Positions 59,191 to 64,000 of a stretch of DNA of 64,000 nucleotides are shown in pieces; the first letter of the stretch is position 1; each line of letters begins with the position of its first letter. The stretch comes from Candidatus Heimdallarchaeota archaeon (GTDB lineage: Archaea > Asgardarchaeota > Heimdallarchaeia > Heimdallarchaeales > Heimdallarchaeaceae). Both the position numbers and the translations under genes were made by a program. The stretch covers positions 96,001 to 160,000 of the forward strand of contig JAHLWR010000005.1 in the NCBI GenBank assembly GCA_019057815.1, in the 5' to 3' direction. Below the pieces are notes generated by a model. The model saw only the letters and a program-made list of their open reading frames with translations, did not search any database and was not told the DNA's origin.

Positions 59191-62100
59191 TTGTTGATAC
59201 TTGTATCCATGATTTTCCAAAGAGTTAACGCTGAAGAACATTCTAATTCCTATCTGGAAAATTCCGCTATAACTCTCCTTCCCCAAGATATTGTTTTTGA
59301 GTATAACTCAACCTTTAGCAATCAATCTTTTACTGTTGAACTCTCTCACATTGAACTTGATGTTTTTAACTGCTTTAATCTCTTTTTCAAACAAGAAGGG
59401 GATAAAACCGATGGATCATTAAAAGTTGTCTTTCTATTCGATGGTGCGGGGATTGAATTTATAATCTCACGTTTATATCAAGACCAACAAGAACATAATT
59501 TGACGCAAGCATTTGTTTATCCAGTTAAATTCAACGGAACAATGAATCTGACAATAACTTGTGAAGGTCAAACATCTTATTTTCATTCAGGTTCATTACA
59601 AATATTTTGCACAACAGCAATCAAAGCAGTTGAAATTCCTTTTTTATCAGATACAACCACTGCTCTTCCTACTGTCCCCAATTCTTTATCCTTTGGAGGA
59701 AGCATTGCATCGCCCGTGTTTAGGAGTATGATGACTGCGTTTTATAACGCGAAAGAATTAGATAAACTTAATGTCTCACTTTCCTTTTCTTCAAATTCCT
59801 TTACAGCTTTCTCGCAATATATTGAAGTTGAACTCAACAATCAAGTTGTAGTAACAGAAGAATTTGATGATGGAATAACGACTACTTTAACCTTTATTCT
59901 TCCAATAGATACCGGCTTAAACTTTCTTTCCTTCCATTTTGTTGTTAGTAAGAGCGTTGATACTTTTCATTTTACAGACATTCAAATAGGTGGATTTATC
60001 TTCTCATTTGAAGATTCCCTTCCAGAGAACATTCTAAGTTATAACCATTGGGAAGGAGATGAAATAAACTATACTTTTGATCTTTCCATATTGAAACCTG
60101 TTGCAAGCAACAATCATCAACAGACATTATATATAGAATTGAATTATGGATGTTTAGGTTCAATAATTTCTCCAGCTTATTATGAGCTTTACTCAGGAAT
60201 AGAAATCTATTCTGGAGAACTGACAGAAAGTGAGCAGAGTCAATCACAAACTATAGAAATTAACACTTATACAACTACTTATGATGTTCCTTTGCTATTT
60301 AGAATTCATGGCTCAGTAGAAGGAGAAGGAATATTTTTCATTTTCAATACTAGCACAATAGAAATAAAACCTATTCTCGAATTTACAGATGAAGCAACTG
60401 AACAGTTTGAGAGTGTGTTTACCAAAGAAGAAATAATTCCTTCTTCTATTTCTGAAACCGTTACCCGTACTTACTTTGATGTATTTGATACTACGTCTTA
60501 TGTAACTAGATGCGATCTCTGGTTATCACTTATTTTGTTCACCGAAACTTATTTTCCTGTTGAACAGATTGATATTAATCTAAGAGTTGACAATCAAAAA
60601 TTATTCTTTGGCAGTATCAAGGATAGAATGGAGATTAATATTACTAAAGAATTAACGATTCTTCGAGGATATCACGAGGTAGAGTTAACGCTTGTAATCT
60701 ATATGAGCGGGACAGCGATTACCTTACAGAATGTTCGATATACCCTCATTCCTTCCACAATTGTTGGGTTTCCAACTTATAGCAATCCTGTCAATGATGA
60801 AACTAGTGAACCAAAGAATGCTATTAACCCCTCAAAACCTCTTTTTATGGGTATTGAATATGGGGTTGATTGTTTAATGATTGTATTTTTTATTTGGCAC
60901 TTTTTCAGTAAAAAAAAGGAGAGAAAAGAGGATTTGATGGAAGGAGGAGAGATAGTTGAGCTACAAATGGAAGGCTATAACTTGCATCGAGGACACTATT
61001 CTAATTTTAGAAGAAGTGTCAAAGGTTGGAGACTTGAAAAGAATATATCTATATTGAAAACAATATTATTACCTATTAGTCTATTTTATCTAACAGGCAA
61101 AGTAGTTGTTCTCAATTTTCTAACAGATCAAATGAATATAATAGCAACAAATGGAATATTTGAGCTTAAGTCTCCTTCACTCAGTTGGGGGTATCTAAGT
61201 TTCGCAGTTTGTGTATATTTATCAACCCTTGAGTTATTCTGCATTTTCGTTCTTGTTACTCGTTCTACCTTTTATGAAGATTATTTTGATGCGATAAAAC
61301 TCTTAGGAAAACTCTTAACGTTTCCTTTTATTATTTCATGGATTTTACTCTTTCTATATATTTCCCGTAACACACATAGTTTCTCAATCTGGAATACAGG
61401 TCTCCTTTTCCTTTGTTTTCTTATTATGCACTTTTTCACTAAAAAATTAGGAAAAGCGATTATAAAAAAACATGAGTTTGTCTTCTATAATTTCAAGAAA
61501 ACGGGAAGGATGAAAGTAAAGTTATTAAAAAACGAATCTTACCCCCCATCCCTTAACCCTTTAAATCCACTAGGGAACTCTTCTATTTCTTCTGGTAAAT
61601 GGAGTGAAAAAGAACGTGAGAAGTACAAAATGCTCTTGTTTACTACCATAGTCTATAAGATTCGTCCAAATGTTCCTGTAAGTCCTCATCGTCTTGCTGA
61701 TCTTGCTGATATTCCTATAGAACTCATAGAAAAACTTCTTCTTGAACTTTGCAACAACAATCCTGCTCTTGGAAAATATTACCATACTGAACAAGTTTTC
61801 ATCCGTCACTTAGATTCGAATAAAGAAGCACTTGATTTGAGAAATACCTCTCAAAGACAAAATGATGAAAACAATGAAGACAATTACCACACAACAAAAC
61901 ACGAAATAATGCCAAGCAGCAAAAATTCGTTTCGTTATCCCAATACTGAAGCAAGGAATAATACAAATGAAGTAAAGCCACCTATGAAATTGGAAGAACA
62001 ATCATCCTTATCCAATTCCAAAACGTTAGTTTTTTATTCTAAAATAAAATATCAATTCAAATCATATTTCACAAAAGATGTCCTTGAACATGTAAAAATT

Positions 62101-62322
62101 TACGGTACACTTCCTTTCGTAACACAAATAGTGCTTAGTTTATTTCTCTTTCTCCCAATTTTTTTCCTTTCTTGCAAAATTTTCTTCTATAATCCATGGA
62201 TTAATATTATCTTTACTATTATTGGTGTATTTCTTCTCATTGAGCTGATTAACATAATATTAAGATATATCGTAAGATATGACAAAAAGGGATGTACAAT
62301 AGAACAAGCAATGATGAAGTGA
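59191..62322 (+). CDS. Large membrane protein: extracellular beta domains, TM bundle, cytoplasmic wHTH/PCI-like segment
   Basis: Beta-rich N-terminal half, about 7 TMs, RLADLADIPIELIEKLLLEL...GKY...QVFIR. Confidence 0.7.
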   Translation: MLILVSMIFQRVNAEEHSNSYLENSAITLLPQDIVFEYNSTFSNQSFTVELSHIELDVFNCFNLFFKQEGDKTDGSLKVVFLFDGAGIEFIISRLYQDQQEHNLTQAFVYPVKFNGTMNLTITCEGQTSYFHSGSLQIFCTTAIKAVEIPFLSDTTTALPTVPNSLSFGGSIASPVFRSMMTAFYNAKELDKLNVSLSFSSNSFTAFSQYIEVELNNQVVVTEEFDDGITTTLTFILPIDTGLNFLSFHFVVSKSVDTFHFTDIQIGGFIFSFEDSLPENILSYNHWEGDEINYTFDLSILKPVASNNHQQTLYIELNYGCLGSIISPAYYELYSGIEIYSGELTESEQSQSQTIEINTYTTTYDVPLLFRIHGSVEGEGIFFIFNTSTIEIKPILEFTDEATEQFESVFTKEEIIPSSISETVTRTYFDVFDTTSYVTRCDLWLSLILFTETYFPVEQIDINLRVDNQKLFFGSIKDRMEINITKELTILRGYHEVELTLVIYMSGTAITLQNVRYTLIPSTIVGFPTYSNPVNDETSEPKNAINPSKPLFMGIEYGVDCLMIVFFIWHFFSKKKERKEDLMEGGEIVELQMEGYNLHRGHYSNFRRSVKGWRLEKNISILKTILLPISLFYLTGKVVVLNFLTDQMNIIATNGIFELKSPSLSWGYLSFAVCVYLSTLELFCIFVLVTRSTFYEDYFDAIKLLGKLLTFPFIISWILLFLYISRNTHSFSIWNTGLLFLCFLIMHFFTKKLGKAIIKKHEFVFYNFKKTGRMKVKLLKNESYPPSLNPLNPLGNSSISSGKWSEKEREKYKMLLFTTIVYKIRPNVPVSPHRLADLADIPIELIEKLLLELCNNNPALGKYYHTEQVFIRHLDSNKEALDLRNTSQRQNDENNEDNYHTTKHEIMPSSKNSFRYPNTEARNNTNEVKPPMKLEEQSSLSNSKTLVFYSKIKYQFKSYFTKDVLEHVKIYGTLPFVTQIVLSLFLFLPIFFLSCKIFFYNPWINIIFTIIGVFLLIELINIILRYIVRYDKKGCTIEQAMMK

Positions 62323-62485
62323 GTGAAAATGAATATAGTCGCTCTATTCTAGAAGCTGATCCTTTGGAAGCTTTATCAGAAGTTGGTTGGAATAGAGAAA
62401 AATTTCTTAAAAGAGGAGGGATTTATGATTGGTAAAGGAAAGTGATTTCTTAGTTCTTATAAATTATTTTCTAGTTCCTTGCTTT

Positions 62486-62890
62486 CTAACTAAATAGTAT
62501 TTTTGTTATTGTTTTATAAATAAATTGGATAGTTTGATATAGGTAATGACCATAAGTTCTATTTTTGAAATTATCTCCTGCTACTTCTTTAGAAATTTTT
62601 GTTCCGAAGGTTATTACTTCCCATAATACTTTGTGTATTTCCATTTCCAATTGCTGTATATCTTGAAAATATTCATTAATCCTTTCCTTTAAAGATAGAG
62701 CTTTGAACGAAACTCCGATGATTATAGGTGTTTGTTGTAGATGAGGTATTTTCCTTTGTAAGAAGCTGTTCCATCTGTAGTTAAAGAAATCAAATCTATC
62801 AAAACACAATTCTGAATTTCTTATTTCTTTCAATTCTTCTTTGAATTTCATTATCATTTTTATTACCTTTTTTTTCTTGTTCATTTGCAT
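62486..62890 (-). CDS. Hypothetical protein
   Basis: 134-aa ORF with upstream TATA-like TTATATA. Confidence 0.45.
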   Translation of the reverse strand: MQMNKKKKVIKMIMKFKEELKEIRNSELCFDRFDFFNYRWNSFLQRKIPHLQQTPIIIGVSFKALSLKERINEYFQDIQQLEMEIHKVLWEVITFGTKISKEVAGDNFKNRTYGHYLYQTIQFIYKTITKILFS

Positions 62891-63111
62891 TCAATAAAGT
62901 TTATAGACAAGAAGTATATAAGGAAGTAAATCTTTTTGAATTTCTTAATTAGACATCAAAAAATGGTCAAAAATGGCAAATTAGAATATTATAAATGTTG
63001 AAATATAACTATGTTTGTAGTTATAATGAGTGTTAAGATTGCCAAGGATAAAGAAAGAAAGACAAAAAAGAATTATTAATAGTTTTAGAAGATATTAAAG
63101 GTTATGTTAAT

Positions 63112-63387
63112 TTGGATTTTACTCATATAAATGAAGAAATTTGTAAAATAAAACTCAAGTTACATATACCTGGATCAAAAATGATTCTTTGCTTAAGATG
63201 TGGAGAGATTGGTACTGGTAAACAGATGTTATTAAAACTCGCTAATAATCATTTCCACTTTTGTAAAAAAACAGACATAATAATTGATGTTCCATGCTCT
63301 ATATATGTAAGAACTTCATATTTAAGGATTGAAAAAGTTTTAGCAAAACAAAATAAAGTCAGACGAATATCATTTATTAAAATATGA
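63112..63387 (+). CDS. Small putative zinc-finger protein
   Basis: CLRC...HFHFC. Confidence 0.45.
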   Translation: MDFTHINEEICKIKLKLHIPGSKMILCLRCGEIGTGKQMLLKLANNHFHFCKKTDIIIDVPCSIYVRTSYLRIEKVLAKQNKVRRISFIKI

Positions 63388-63456
63388 AAATTTGAATGAT
63401 GATACTAAAATCTGTGTATCACATGGAGAGTTTACTGAGGGACAACCACTTGTGCG

Positions 63457-63567
63457 GTTGCAAAATAGGTAGGTGATAAAGACTACACTATCTTGAAACA
63501 GTTCAGTGAGGCACCAAAGGGCTACTCTAAGTTGCGGAATAGGTAAGTGATGAAGACTACACTATCT
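63457..63567. repeat. Two 37-bp direct repeats separated by 37 bp
   Basis: GTTGCAAAATAGGTAGGTGATAAAGACTACACTATCT (63457-63493) and GTTGCGGAATAGGTAAGTGATGAAGACTACACTATCT (63531-63567). Confidence 0.8.
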
Positions 63568-64000
63568 CTACTTATATTTGTTTAAATTCGTATAGAAACC
63601 AGTGGAAAAAAAGAGTTAGTTTTTATTCTTCTTCTACGTCGCCATTTATGTAGTTAGAACGCTTATGGCAAGATCAGTCATCTTTGTTCAGCGGTGAATA
63701 AAACAATTTCAATAAGAATAACCTGGAATGATGAATTTTCTGAAAATAGCAGCTTAAAAGCAGTGAAACAATTCAATAATATAAGATGTGGTGCAAATTA
63801 TTCCGTTTGATGCAGGAAATGACATAATGGAACTTATTGTGAATATCCTTAAAATGGTTATATATTACATAGGAAAGTGCGGGATTTTTTTTGGTATCAC
63901 AATAATTAGCGAAAAGGTTTGTAAAACAATACTATACAGAGACCAAAGAAATCTAAGAAAAATTGGAAAGGGAGTTGCAATTCTGCTTATTTCACTAATT

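Noticed and set aside
327-62001. Many short antisense or nested ORFs in the track (e.g. 327-530, 4387-4755, 18273-18629, 29961-30146, 37961-38275)
   Set aside because: Shadow frames of well-supported genes or remnants on the other strand
63457-63567. CRISPR array call for the 37/37/37 pattern
   Set aside because: Only two imperfect repeats, the flanks are also similar to each other, and no cas genes are in the window

Overview
AT-rich (~30% GC) archaeal window, most likely from an Asgard archaeon of Heimdallarchaeia type (inferred from protein style and gene content; not verified). Positions 1-27.8 kb are mostly core genome: rpl2/23/4/3, rtcA, rps9/rpl13/rpl18e/rpoD, cdc6, three tRNAs (one with an intron), truA, rfcS, a pilus/secretion ATPase with two platform proteins, TFB, RPA and nadE. 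This part also holds a broken TnpB and two micro-ORFs missing from the ORF track: a 20-aa peptide gene beside a TPR-like protein, and a 36-aa Ost4-like membrane peptide. Positions 27.9-64 kb are an accessory/defence region. It contains an oversized TnpB-like protein with a non-canonical RuvC-III and a pseudoknotted 3' RNA, an IS607 TnpA remnant, a normal TnpB and an MGE-like operon carrying a second TFB. It also contains Mrr-type, OLD/TOPRIM, AAA+PIN and TIR/NDT-like genes, two HD-dNTPase + YwgA-like pairs and a recurrent uncharacterised ~150-aa helical domain. The best candidates for novelty are: (1) a transposase-less 4.8-kb defence cassette bounded by ~110-bp inverted repeats and a 30-bp direct repeat; (2) the X / HD-dNTPase / YwgA module, linked by a YwgA-X fusion; (3) the 652-aa TnpB variant; (4) the peptide-TPR pair. 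All calls were made by eye, without database searches.
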